A stretch of 64,000 nt of DNA, taken from the NCBI GenBank assembly GCA_023245035.1, contig JAHFLD010000001.1, forward strand, positions 196,002-260,001, read 5' to 3'. The stretch's first letter is position 1, and every line of letters starts with the position of its first letter. A program made the position numbers and the translations under genes. Shown here one piece after another: positions 1 through 8,573 of this stretch. Origin of the DNA: Candidatus Harrisonbacteria bacterium. GTDB taxonomy: Bacteria; Patescibacteriota; Minisyncoccia; UBA6257; 1-14-0-10-40-38. The notes under the pieces are model-generated. The model was not told the DNA's origin, made no database searches, and saw only the letters and a program-made list of their open reading frames with translations.

Positions 1-940
1 CTATCTTGGCTCGCTTAAAACACGCCTCGAACTTCAAGACAAATATAAAGTCTATATTTTGATCGCCGACATCCAGGCGCTAACCGACAATTTTGATAAT
101 CCCAAAAAAGTTAGCGACAACGTCCTGGAAGTTTTGCTGGATTATTTAAGCATTGGACTGGATCCCCAAAAAACCACCTTCGTCCTGCAATCCGCCGTGC
201 CGGAAATCGCCGAGCTCACGGTTTTCTTTATGAATCTGGTTACCCTGGGCCAGCTGGAGCAGAATCCGACGGTCAAAACCGAAATTGAGCAAAAGCGTTT
301 CAAAGGGGGAATCCCGTTGGGCTTTCTGGCCTATCCGGTTAGCCAAGCCGCCGACATCGCAATCTTTAAAGCCAACCTGGTGCCGGTGGGCGAGGATCAA
401 CTGCCAATGATTGAACAAACCCGCGAAATCGTCCGGCGCTTTAATCGCTACTACGGAAATATTCTGGTGGAGCCGGAGGCGATGCTTTCAAAATTCCCGC
501 GTCTTCCCGGCACCGATGGCAAAGACAAGATGAGCAAGTCTCTCGGCAACGTCATCAACTTGTCCGACGACGCGAAAACATTGGAGAAAAAAGTCCGCGG
601 CATGTACACCGATCCGGCGCGCGTCCACGCCACGACCCCGGGCAATGTGGAGGGCAATCCCGTCTTCACTTATCTGGATGCCTTTGACCCCGACCCGAAA
701 ATCGTTGAAGAACTCAAAACCCGTTACCGCAAAGGCGCAGTAACCGACGCCGAAGTCAAAGAGCGCCTCATCAAAACCCTCAACGATTTTCTTGATCCCA
801 TCCGCTCCCGCCGCGCCGAATATATCGATAATAGAGAGGCTCTGATAGAAATTTTAAGAAGCGGCACCGAAAGGGCTCGAAAAATCACCGCCACTACAAT
901 TTCAGAAGTTAAAGCGGCTCTGAGTCTTAAAAACTTTTAA
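1..940 (+). CDS. trpS: tryptophanyl-tRNA synthetase, 5'-truncated at window edge
   Basis: Reading frame open to position 1 (track ORF starts at an internal TTG, 59). Class I aaRS KMSKS motif 'KMSKSLGN'; 'FIADLHALT'-like N-terminal region; C-terminal TrpRS-like helical region. Confidence 0.85.
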   Translation, partial: YLGSLKTRLELQDKYKVYILIADIQALTDNFDNPKKVSDNVLEVLLDYLSIGLDPQKTTFVLQSAVPEIAELTVFFMNLVTLGQLEQNPTVKTEIEQKRFKGGIPLGFLAYPVSQAADIAIFKANLVPVGEDQLPMIEQTREIVRRFNRYYGNILVEPEAMLSKFPRLPGTDGKDKMSKSLGNVINLSDDAKTLEKKVRGMYTDPARVHATTPGNVEGNPVFTYLDAFDPDPKIVEELKTRYRKGAVTDAEVKERLIKTLNDFLDPIRSRRAEYIDNREALIEILRSGTERARKITATTISEVKAALSLKNF

Positions 941-1111
941 AACCGCGGAAAAATGACGGCTATTGACTATAAATATAAGATTGTTTATAATAGCCTCTAT
1001 ATAAAGCCTATATCTCGCTCATTAATTGAGATGAATATAGAAGAAATAAGGCCTCAAAAAAAAGAGCGCCTTTTATCTTGCTATTACGCGAGAAAATAAA
1101 CTTACTACAAC

Positions 1112-2185
1112 ATGGTTGTCGAAGCGGTCAAAAACATCAAAGAGATAAAAGAATTCAACGATCACCGACTCGTCCTTAGATTTGAAGACAAAAAATTGAA
1201 TTTGCGGGGTTTTGTGGCTATTCATAACGACAACCTTGGACCCGCGACCGGAGGCACGAGAATGTTTCCTTATCAAAACGAGAAAGAAGCTCTGGTAGAC
1301 GTACTGCGCCTTTCTCGGGCCATGACTTATAAATGCGCTCTTGCCGGTGTCCGCCATGGTGGCGGCAAAGCGGTAATTATCGGAAATCCTGGAAAAATAA
1401 AAAACAAAGAGCTCCTAAAAAATTACGCTAGAGTAATTAATGAATTGAATGGAAGATTTCACACCGGCGAGGATGTCGGGATATCCGAAGATGACGTTCA
1501 GGTAATGCTAACCGAATCCAAATTTTTTATAGGCCGAAAAGGAATCGCCGGGGATCCTTCGCCTTACGCGGCTTTAAGTACCTTCTATGCCATTAAAACC
1601 GGAATCGCCGAAGTCTTTGGAAGTGAGAATCTGGAAAATCGAAGTGTCGCCATCAAAGGAATCGGTAAAGTTGGCAGTGAATTAATGAGGCTTACCCTCA
1701 ATGAAGGCGCCAAGATTTGCATCGCGGATATCGAATCGGCAAGGGTAGACGCGACACAAAAAAAATTCCCAAAAATTAAAACGGTGGATACCAAAGACAT
1801 ACATCGCCAACTGGTTGATGTCTTATCTCCTTGCGCGCTTGGCAACGACATCTCCCAAGAAAACATTAAAGAAATTCACGCGCGCATTATTTGTGGCGGA
1901 GCCAACAACCAATTGACGAACAATGAAATCGGCGATGAACTTTTCCAGCGAAGAATACTCTATGTTCCGGATTATGTGGCAAACGCTGGTGGTTTAATCA
2001 ATGTAGTCGACGAGCTGGAAAAAGATGGCTACAACCGCGACCGCGTCTTAAAAAGAATAGAAAATATCAAAAAAACCCTTTCAACCATTTATCTCTTGGC
2101 CAAGCAACGCAATCAACCGCCATTCCGCATTGCCGATAAACTCGCGGAAGAAATTTTTAATGGGAATTCCCATCGCCAAAGCTAG
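1112..2185 (+). CDS. Glu/Leu/Phe/Val amino-acid dehydrogenase family (Leu/Phe dehydrogenase-like), NAD-binding
   Basis: 'GPATGGTRMFPY' and 'GGGKAVIIGNP' resemble the substrate-site and Lys-containing motifs of Leu/Phe dehydrogenases. A Rossmann 'GIGKVGSEL' lies in the C-terminal half. Confidence 0.65.
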   Translation: MVVEAVKNIKEIKEFNDHRLVLRFEDKKLNLRGFVAIHNDNLGPATGGTRMFPYQNEKEALVDVLRLSRAMTYKCALAGVRHGGGKAVIIGNPGKIKNKELLKNYARVINELNGRFHTGEDVGISEDDVQVMLTESKFFIGRKGIAGDPSPYAALSTFYAIKTGIAEVFGSENLENRSVAIKGIGKVGSELMRLTLNEGAKICIADIESARVDATQKKFPKIKTVDTKDIHRQLVDVLSPCALGNDISQENIKEIHARIICGGANNQLTNNEIGDELFQRRILYVPDYVANAGGLINVVDELEKDGYNRDRVLKRIENIKKTLSTIYLLAKQRNQPPFRIADKLAEEIFNGNSHRQS

Positions 2186-2202
2186 TCACCACTCCAAAAG
2201 GC

Positions 2203-3702
2203 ATGAATATCAAAATAAGAAGGGAAAAAAGAATTTTAAATTTGCTTCATAAAAAGAGTTGGAATTTCTGGGCGAAAGAAAGAGAAAAAAGAGCCCTAAA
2301 GATTTTCCACGAAGCGGCCATACGGGTGCCAGCCTATAAAAATTTCTTGAAAAAAAATAGAATCAACTCAGAACACATTCGGACTTTCAAGGATTTTCAA
2401 AAAGTTCCCACAACCAGTAAGCAAAATTATTTAAAACATTATCCGATTGAGTCGTTGCCCTGGGATGGAACCCTAAAAAAACCGCTCGTCTTCACCTCAA
2501 CCTCTGGTTCCACGGGAAAGCCGTTCTATTTTCCTCGCGGACATCGTTTGGATTGGGAATATTCCATTCTCGCCGAATTTTTTCTTAAAAATAGCTCATA
2601 TAAATCAGGTGGGCCGGTTTTGGTTATTATTGGGTTTGGTATGGGTGTTTGGATTGGCGGTCTGATTACCTACCAAGCTTTTGAGATAGCTGGAAATCGC
2701 GGTTATCCGATATCAATCATTACTCCTGGCATCAATAAAAAGGAAATATTCAATGCCCTCAAAAATCTCTCCCCTCATTATAAAGAAACGATTTTTATCG
2801 GATATCCTCCATTTTTGAAAGATATTTTAGATGAGGCGCCCGATGAGGGAATTAATCTTAAAAAAATAAACTTCCGCGTTCTTTCTGCGGCCGAGGCTTA
2901 TACTGAAAAATTTCGTGAGTACATAGTAAAAAAAGGAGGAATCAAAAATCTATATTTAGACACGCTCAATATCTACGGGACCGCCGACATCGGAGCGATG
3001 GCTTGGGAGACGCCAACCGCCATCTTAATTCGCCGCCTTGCCATGAAGGATCCGCATGTCTTTCAATCTATTTTTTCCAAGATTAACAAAACACCTACGC
3101 TCGCCCAGTACAATCCCTTATTCATCACCTTTGAAGAAAAAGATGGAGAAATTATATTAACTGGAAATAACACCATTCCTCTAATCCGGTACGCGGTTGG
3201 CGATCATGGCGGAATTACGACTTTTTCGGAAATAATCGAAAAACTAAAAAAGCACAAAATTGATTTTTACAAGGAAGCTAAAGCCGCGGGGATTGAAAAT
3301 CACATCACGCAATTGCCCTTCGTCTACGTCTACGAGCGTAATGATTTTTCTACAACTTTGTATGGTCTGCAAATATACTCGGAAACAATTCGCGAAGTTT
3401 TAATCGACGAACCGCTAGATAGATTCCTTACCGGAAAGTTCTCTATGGCGACAAAGTTCAACAATAAACAGGATCAATATCTGGAAATCAATCTGGAACT
3501 AAGAAAAAACCGTCTGGCCAATAAACGCTTAGAAAAACTGGTTCTATCCAAAATTATGTCCAATTTGGAACTCAAAAATTCGGAGTTCAAAGAACTGCAT
3601 CAATATCTTGGCGATCGGGCATTGCCTCGCCTCATATTCTGGCCTGCGGAACACGCCCTGCACTTCAAGCTTGGCGTTAAACAGAAATGGGTTAAAAAAT
3701 AA
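2203..3702 (+). CDS. PaaK/CapK/F390-synthetase-like adenylate-forming enzyme (ANL superfamily)
   Basis: AMP-binding P-loop 'TSTSGSTGKPFYFP' about 100 aa from the N-terminus, as in phenylacetate-CoA-ligase-like proteins. Separated by 5 bp from the next gene, so probably an operon. Confidence 0.6.
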   Translation: MNIKIRREKRILNLLHKKSWNFWAKEREKRALKIFHEAAIRVPAYKNFLKKNRINSEHIRTFKDFQKVPTTSKQNYLKHYPIESLPWDGTLKKPLVFTSTSGSTGKPFYFPRGHRLDWEYSILAEFFLKNSSYKSGGPVLVIIGFGMGVWIGGLITYQAFEIAGNRGYPISIITPGINKKEIFNALKNLSPHYKETIFIGYPPFLKDILDEAPDEGINLKKINFRVLSAAEAYTEKFREYIVKKGGIKNLYLDTLNIYGTADIGAMAWETPTAILIRRLAMKDPHVFQSIFSKINKTPTLAQYNPLFITFEEKDGEIILTGNNTIPLIRYAVGDHGGITTFSEIIEKLKKHKIDFYKEAKAAGIENHITQLPFVYVYERNDFSTTLYGLQIYSETIREVLIDEPLDRFLTGKFSMATKFNNKQDQYLEINLELRKNRLANKRLEKLVLSKIMSNLELKNSEFKELHQYLGDRALPRLIFWPAEHALHFKLGVKQKWVKK

Positions 3703-3707
3703 AATTT

Positions 3708-4850
3708 ATGGATAGTCAAAAACGAGATTGTGATTCATGGCAGCCAATCAAGATTTCTTCGGTTGAGAACGATTCGCTAATCGCCGCGCATCCGGAAATA
3801 TCAATCATCGATGAAAGTAAAAAAAATCTAGAAGAATTATTCTTATTGCGCAACCCTAAATATCGCTTTGATAAAAATTATCAAACGGAATTTGAAAAGT
3901 TCTTCAATCAGCGCAACGCCGAAAATGCGGGGAACTGGTTTTATTTTCCCTGGCTAAACAGCTCGGTTCTTTATTTACCGGAAGACCTGCACCTCGAGCT
4001 TCGTACCGGAAGAAATAAATATCTCATCTCCGAAGAAGAACAATCGAGGTTTTATAATTCCACGATTGCTTGCTTGGGAATGAGTGTCGGCAGCCACGTC
4101 GCCGTGGTGATGGCAATGACTGGTGGGCCAAAGCATTTAAAACTTGCCGACCCAGACACGCTCTCCGGCGATAATCTAAACCGAGTCCGGAGCGGTTTTC
4201 AGAATGTCGGCCTGGCAAAAGCGATAGTGGTCGCTAGGCAAATTTATGAAATAAACCCCTACGCGGTCATTGAACTATACCCGCAAGGGATTACCCAAGA
4301 CACCGCCGGAAAAATATTAGAAGGTGCCGATGTTGTTATCGAAGAAATGGACAATATGTATTGGAAACTAAAAGCCAGAGAATTGGCGCGGGAAAAGGGA
4401 ATCCCCGTGTTAATGGGAACCGATAATGGCGATGGCGCGATTGTCGATGTTGAGCGCTTTGATCTAAATAAAAAACTACCTATTTTAAACGGCTATGCCA
4501 AAGGCTTGAGCGCCGAAAAATTAAAAAGCCTTCCGCCAAAGGATATTCCAAAAGTTGCCGGAAAAATTGCTGGTGCGAATTTGGTCGTTCCGCGTATGCT
4601 GCACTCCGTCTCCGAGGTAGGGAAGTCGCTTTATTCTTGGCCCCAACTGGGAACTGCCGCCAATATGTGCGGTTCATTGCTAGCCATGCTTGCCCGTCGG
4701 ATTATCAACAAAGATAAGAACATCAAATCCGGCCGATATTCAGTTAATCCAGACGCGATTTTTGAATCCGGCTACCGCCGCCGATGGTTTTCCCGCAAAA
4801 TCGCCTTCATAAAATTCATCCGAAAAATGCTGAAGCAGGGCAAGCAATAA
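3708..4850 (+). CDS. ThiF/MoeB/E1-like adenylyltransferase-fold protein with ~100-aa N-terminal extension
   Basis: 'IACLGMSVGSHVAVVMAMTGG...LKLADPDTLSGDNLNRV' matches the E1/ThiF nucleotide-binding Gly-rich loop followed by D..(S/N)NLNRQ. The N-terminal ~100 aa has no recognised motif. Confidence 0.55.
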   Translation: MDSQKRDCDSWQPIKISSVENDSLIAAHPEISIIDESKKNLEELFLLRNPKYRFDKNYQTEFEKFFNQRNAENAGNWFYFPWLNSSVLYLPEDLHLELRTGRNKYLISEEEQSRFYNSTIACLGMSVGSHVAVVMAMTGGPKHLKLADPDTLSGDNLNRVRSGFQNVGLAKAIVVARQIYEINPYAVIELYPQGITQDTAGKILEGADVVIEEMDNMYWKLKARELAREKGIPVLMGTDNGDGAIVDVERFDLNKKLPILNGYAKGLSAEKLKSLPPKDIPKVAGKIAGANLVVPRMLHSVSEVGKSLYSWPQLGTAANMCGSLLAMLARRIINKDKNIKSGRYSVNPDAIFESGYRRRWFSRKIAFIKFIRKMLKQGKQ

Positions 4851-4916
4851 ATAGTATTAAGAAAATTAAAAACTAGTTTAGTGTTATCATAGAAGATATG
4901 ATCTCTTGCGAAGAGA

Positions 4917-5285
4917 TTGAAAAAAATAGTCGCTGCTTCCATCAACGCCCCATCAGGGAGCAACTCTCAACCCTGGAAATTCAGGGTTTTTAATAATCAA
5001 TTAGAAATTTTGGGATTTCCTGAAAAGGACCACCCGATTCTAAATTTTCGAAATCGTGGAACTTGGATAGCTCACGGAGCTTTAATTGAGAATATCAATA
5101 TCGCCGCAACGGCTTTCGGATATGAAGCCCAGATTCAGGTATTTCCAAATGGAGAGAATACCGGCATTACTGGACGAATTAACTTTAAGAAAACAGAAAA
5201 ACCAAAAGACGAACTTTTTGATTCAATACTCTTAAGAGCAACGAATCGAAAGCCCTATAAAGACAAGATATTAACTGTGAAATAA
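4917..5285 (+). pseudogene. truncated nitroreductase-fold N-terminal fragment (122 aa); duplicate of the 5' part of the 7509..8573 gene
   Basis: nt 4935..5281 are 100% identical to 7545..7891. A stop codon follows immediately where the full-length copy continues. Upstream homology to the full copy is out of frame ('MISCEEIEKNS' in another frame versus 'VISNQEIEEIVT'). Confidence 0.5.
4935..5281. repeat. 347-bp perfect direct repeat, copy 1
   Basis: Base-for-base identical to 7545..7891 on checking several 60-nt blocks. Identity ends exactly at the stop codon of the truncated copy. Confidence 0.85.
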
Positions 5286-5324
5286 AAAGAAGGCATAAAT
5301 TTGAATATGCCCTCCGGACCTGTT

Positions 5325-5537
5325 TTAGGACGAATCTCTAGTTCCATTAATTAAATCGAGGGACTTTTTATGTCCACGACTTGCCTTTAAAAGTTCTTCT
5401 TGTCTAGCTACTACTTGGATTTTTGCAATACTCATTTGTTTTACATCGCAAAGACAGAACATAGAAAGATCTTCTAATACCGCAGGAAGGATATAAATAC
5501 TCCTATCGCGCTTCTTTCCGCACATGGAACACATCAT
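5325..5537 (-). CDS. hypothetical small protein (70 aa) with N-terminal CxxC
   Basis: ORF 'MMCSMCGKKRDRS...' lies downstream of the M16 peptidase on the same strand. AAGGAA sits 8 nt before the ATG. A TTGACA with an AT-rich -10-like region lies in the 175-bp upstream gap. Confidence 0.3.
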   Translation of the reverse strand: MMCSMCGKKRDRSIYILPAVLEDLSMFCLCDVKQMSIAKIQVVARQEELLKASRGHKKSLDLINGTRDSS

Positions 5538-5712
5538 GATTAGTGATTCCTTATTTTAAAGAACAAAGCCTTCACGCCTAGACCACCAGACTCAACGGCC
5601 GAGTGTCGATCCATCTAAGGATATATATTTTTAATATAATGTCAAACACCTAGAGAATTTTGCTAATTATCCCTCTTTATTAAGAGGTAGTGTTCTCTGT
5701 CAAAATTCACTC

Positions 5713-6975
5713 TCAAAAAACATCCTTCGGGCCAAAAATCCCAATGAATCTCCTGTCTGGAGTGAGATATTTTCTGTTGGCATTTCTAATGTCATCCACT
5801 GTCAGGGCATTCATACTTTCAATTACTTCTTCAGGGGTTATGAGTCTATCGTAATCAATGAATTTATCTCCCAAAAAATTAAATTTCCCATTCGAAGTTT
5901 CAATGTTTCTTAAAAGAGTATTTTTTATCTGTATTTTTAAATCACCTAAAAGCTTCTCGTCTATCGCAGTAGGTATGTTCTCAAAAACTTCTTCTACTCC
6001 TCTTAAGACCTCGACTGGGTGAATAGTTTTCGTTTTAATCTCCAAATCTCCAGCATCAAGCTGATAAGGAAATCCTGCCCAAGCTCCATATATGAGTCCA
6101 AGCTTCACTCTTAATTTTTGGATCAATGCCGAAATAGATCCAGCGCCAAGATAGATCGCAATTAGCTCAAGGGATAAAATTTCTTTTTGACTTAGTTCAC
6201 TCAACCCAGCATTTGCGAACCCATATATTATTTGGGTTTGATCGCTCTTACGATACTCGTAATATTTTAAGTCTTTGACTATGGGTGAAAAAGGAACCTT
6301 ATCCATTATTATAGAATCTTGATTTTCCATCCATGTCGCAAAATACTTATGAGCCCAATCAACGATTTGAGAGTGACTATAACTACTAGCTACAACTAGC
6401 GCCGAACGATTTGGTACTAAAAACTTTTGACGATAAGCATCCAGGCTTTCTACGGTTGCCCGTAAAACATTCTTTGGATCATTCCATGTATGATAAGAAG
6501 CTGGATGTTGGAAAAAAACTTTATTTTTTAATTTTATACCGGAAAAAGCAAAAGCATCATTAGAATTTCCGGCATATTCTTCAAGTGTTGCTTGTTTCTC
6601 TTTTTCAAGCACTTCAGGGTCCATGAGGGGATTCAAAATTGTATCAGACATGAGATCTATCATGGCTTCGGTTTGATCTCTGCCAATAATAATTGGGAAC
6701 CACATGCGGTGATTGTCTGTATGTCCGTTTTTATATCCACCAAGGCGTTCAACCTGGCCGGCAAGTTCAATGCGACTCGGCCATCTCTTAGTTCCCTCTA
6801 ATAACATATGCTCTAGCAAATGAGAGAATCCCAAATTCTCTGATGATTCATGGCGGTATCCAGACTTAATCCATATACCCAAAGCTGCGACATCAGAATT
6901 GTCGCTTTCGGCAGAAATTATCGTCAAGCCATTTTCCATTCTTGATGATTTATATTTTGTGAGCATGCTCTTCAT
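5713..6975 (-). CDS. M16 (pitrilysin/insulinase) family zinc peptidase
   Basis: Inverted zincin motif 'HLLEHM' (HxxEH) about 50 aa from the proposed start. The start was moved to 'MKSMLTKY' because the 59-aa N-terminal extension in the track overlaps another frame and looks non-coding-like. AT-rich codon usage. Confidence 0.7.
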   Translation of the reverse strand: MKSMLTKYKSSRMENGLTIISAESDNSDVAALGIWIKSGYRHESSENLGFSHLLEHMLLEGTKRWPSRIELAGQVERLGGYKNGHTDNHRMWFPIIIGRDQTEAMIDLMSDTILNPLMDPEVLEKEKQATLEEYAGNSNDAFAFSGIKLKNKVFFQHPASYHTWNDPKNVLRATVESLDAYRQKFLVPNRSALVVASSYSHSQIVDWAHKYFATWMENQDSIIMDKVPFSPIVKDLKYYEYRKSDQTQIIYGFANAGLSELSQKEILSLELIAIYLGAGSISALIQKLRVKLGLIYGAWAGFPYQLDAGDLEIKTKTIHPVEVLRGVEEVFENIPTAIDEKLLGDLKIQIKNTLLRNIETSNGKFNFLGDKFIDYDRLITPEEVIESMNALTVDDIRNANRKYLTPDRRFIGIFGPKDVF

Positions 6976-7060
6976 TGTAAACTCATTATTTAATCTTGTA
7001 AATTTAAAAAAATCACTCGCCTTATTTTTTATAAGGCGAGTGAAAACCGAGCGAAGTTCT

Positions 7061-7282
7061 CTACTTCGTACGGTTCGGACACGTCGTTGACGTGCAGTCG
7101 GGATCATCGCTGGTGTTGCATCCGGCGTCCCCGGGACCGCTGTAACTGGCAAGCATGGTACTTACCCCTTTTCGCTCATCGCGAAAACTCGCATCCTTTG
7201 ATGGCTCCACATACAACACTTCCAAATCCTGAGTTAGGATTTGATGTGAAATGAGGTTATTAGGACAGACGCCTACTAACAT
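7061..7282 (-). CDS. candidate small Cys/Ser/Thr-rich peptide (possible RiPP precursor); start uncertain (alternatives 7375 or 7156)
   Basis: ORF ends 'GPGDAGCNTSDDPDCTSTTCPNRTK'. It sits 85 nt upstream of and co-directional with the M16 peptidase. Locally GC-rich. No clear SD. Confidence 0.25.
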   Translation of the reverse strand: MLVGVCPNNLISHQILTQDLEVLYVEPSKDASFRDERKGVSTMLASYSGPGDAGCNTSDDPDCTSTTCPNRTK

Positions 7283-7508
7283 CACCGAAGTTGTAAAAGA
7301 ACCACCCCCAAACAGACTCAAGTTGGAGAGTCCAACGCGCAGTCTATCTGTATGAGAGTCATTATACGTTCTCAATAAAATAAGTCAAGGCCCAAAAAGC
7401 AGCCATCTTTTATAAAGGCACCAAAAAGGCTATAATCAAAGACACAAATACCCATCCATGACCCCAAACTACTCCGCCTGGATCTCTGGAATCTGATATA
7501 CTTCTTAA

Positions 7509-8573
7509 GTGATCTCAAATCAAGAAATAGAGGAAATAGTTACCGCTTCCATCAACGCCCCATCAGGGAGCAACTCTCAACCCTGGAAATTCAGGGTTTT
7601 TAATAATCAATTAGAAATTTTGGGATTTCCTGAAAAGGACCACCCGATTCTAAATTTTCGAAATCGTGGAACTTGGATAGCTCACGGAGCTTTAATTGAG
7701 AATATCAATATCGCCGCAACGGCTTTCGGATATGAAGCCCAGATTCAGGTATTTCCAAATGGAGAGAATACCGGCATTACTGGACGAATTAACTTTAAGA
7801 AAACAGAAAAACCAAAAGACGAACTTTTTGATTCAATACTCTTAAGAGCAACGAATCGAAAGCCCTATAAAGACAAGATATTAACTGTGAAGCAAAAAAG
7901 AGAATTTCTTATATCCGCGCAAGAAATTAATCCAAATTGCGATATTCGTATCACTGAAGATAAATTAGCAAAAAATATTTTAGGCAGTGCAGTCAGTGTT
8001 AACGAGGTTGTAATGCTAGAAAACGAGAAACTGCACCAACTTTTTTTTGATGAAATTGTATGGACCAAAGAAGAGGAATCAAAAAAGCAGAAAGGGTTAT
8101 ATTTAAAAACAATGGAACTAGGTTTTCCGCAGCGCACTGCTCTCCGACTTTTTAAACACTGGTCAATAATGAAAATAGCAAATAAATTTGGTGTGGCAAA
8201 AAAAATCGCAAATGATAATGCAAAAACATATAGCGCCTCTTCAATTATGGGGATAATAATAGTTGATGATACAGATAAAGATTTTATAGATGCAGGCAGA
8301 ATCATTGAGCGACTTTGGCTTAAGGCAACAAATGAAAAACTAGAATTCCATCTAATTACAGGAGTTATGTTTTTTTATCAAAGAGTCATGTCTGATCCCA
8401 AAGGATTTTCCCCGGTTCATATTGAACTAATCAAAAAAACATATAATCAAATTAAAGAAGTTTTCAAAGTGGAGAAAGGGGTCATCGCCGGACTTTTTAG
8501 AATCGGAGAAGACGGAAAGCCAACTGCAAGATCAATAAAATCCCCGCCAGAATTTATAAAAAAGTATGTCTAG
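7509..8573 (+). CDS. nitroreductase-fold (FMN-dependent oxidoreductase, SagB/McbC-like dehydrogenase fold) protein, 354 aa
   Basis: Nitroreductase signature 'ASINAPSGSNSQPWKFRVF' (APS..N.QPW.F). GTG start. The C-terminal ~200 aa extend beyond a minimal nitroreductase. Confidence 0.65.
   Translation: MISNQEIEEIVTASINAPSGSNSQPWKFRVFNNQLEILGFPEKDHPILNFRNRGTWIAHGALIENINIAATAFGYEAQIQVFPNGENTGITGRINFKKTEKPKDELFDSILLRATNRKPYKDKILTVKQKREFLISAQEINPNCDIRITEDKLAKNILGSAVSVNEVVMLENEKLHQLFFDEIVWTKEEESKKQKGLYLKTMELGFPQRTALRLFKHWSIMKIANKFGVAKKIANDNAKTYSASSIMGIIIVDDTDKDFIDAGRIIERLWLKATNEKLEFHLITGVMFFYQRVMSDPKGFSPVHIELIKKTYNQIKEVFKVEKGVIAGLFRIGEDGKPTARSIKSPPEFIKKYV
7545..7891. repeat. 347-bp perfect direct repeat, copy 2
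   Basis: Identical to 4935..5281. Confidence 0.85.

Noticed and set aside
3708-4850. Calling the E1-like gene moeB/thiF
   Set aside because: No adjacent MoaD/ThiS-like small Gly-Gly protein or thiamine/molybdopterin genes are present. The N-terminal extension and the neighbours suggest a different role, so the gene symbol is left empty.
5713-7152. Full 479-aa track ORF for the M16 peptidase, including a 59-aa N-terminal extension
   Set aside because: The extension is Arg/Pro-rich and low-complexity. It overlaps the Cys-rich small ORF in another frame and is GC-rich, unlike the AT-rich remainder of the gene. An internal Met, 'MKSMLTKY', is a more plausible start.
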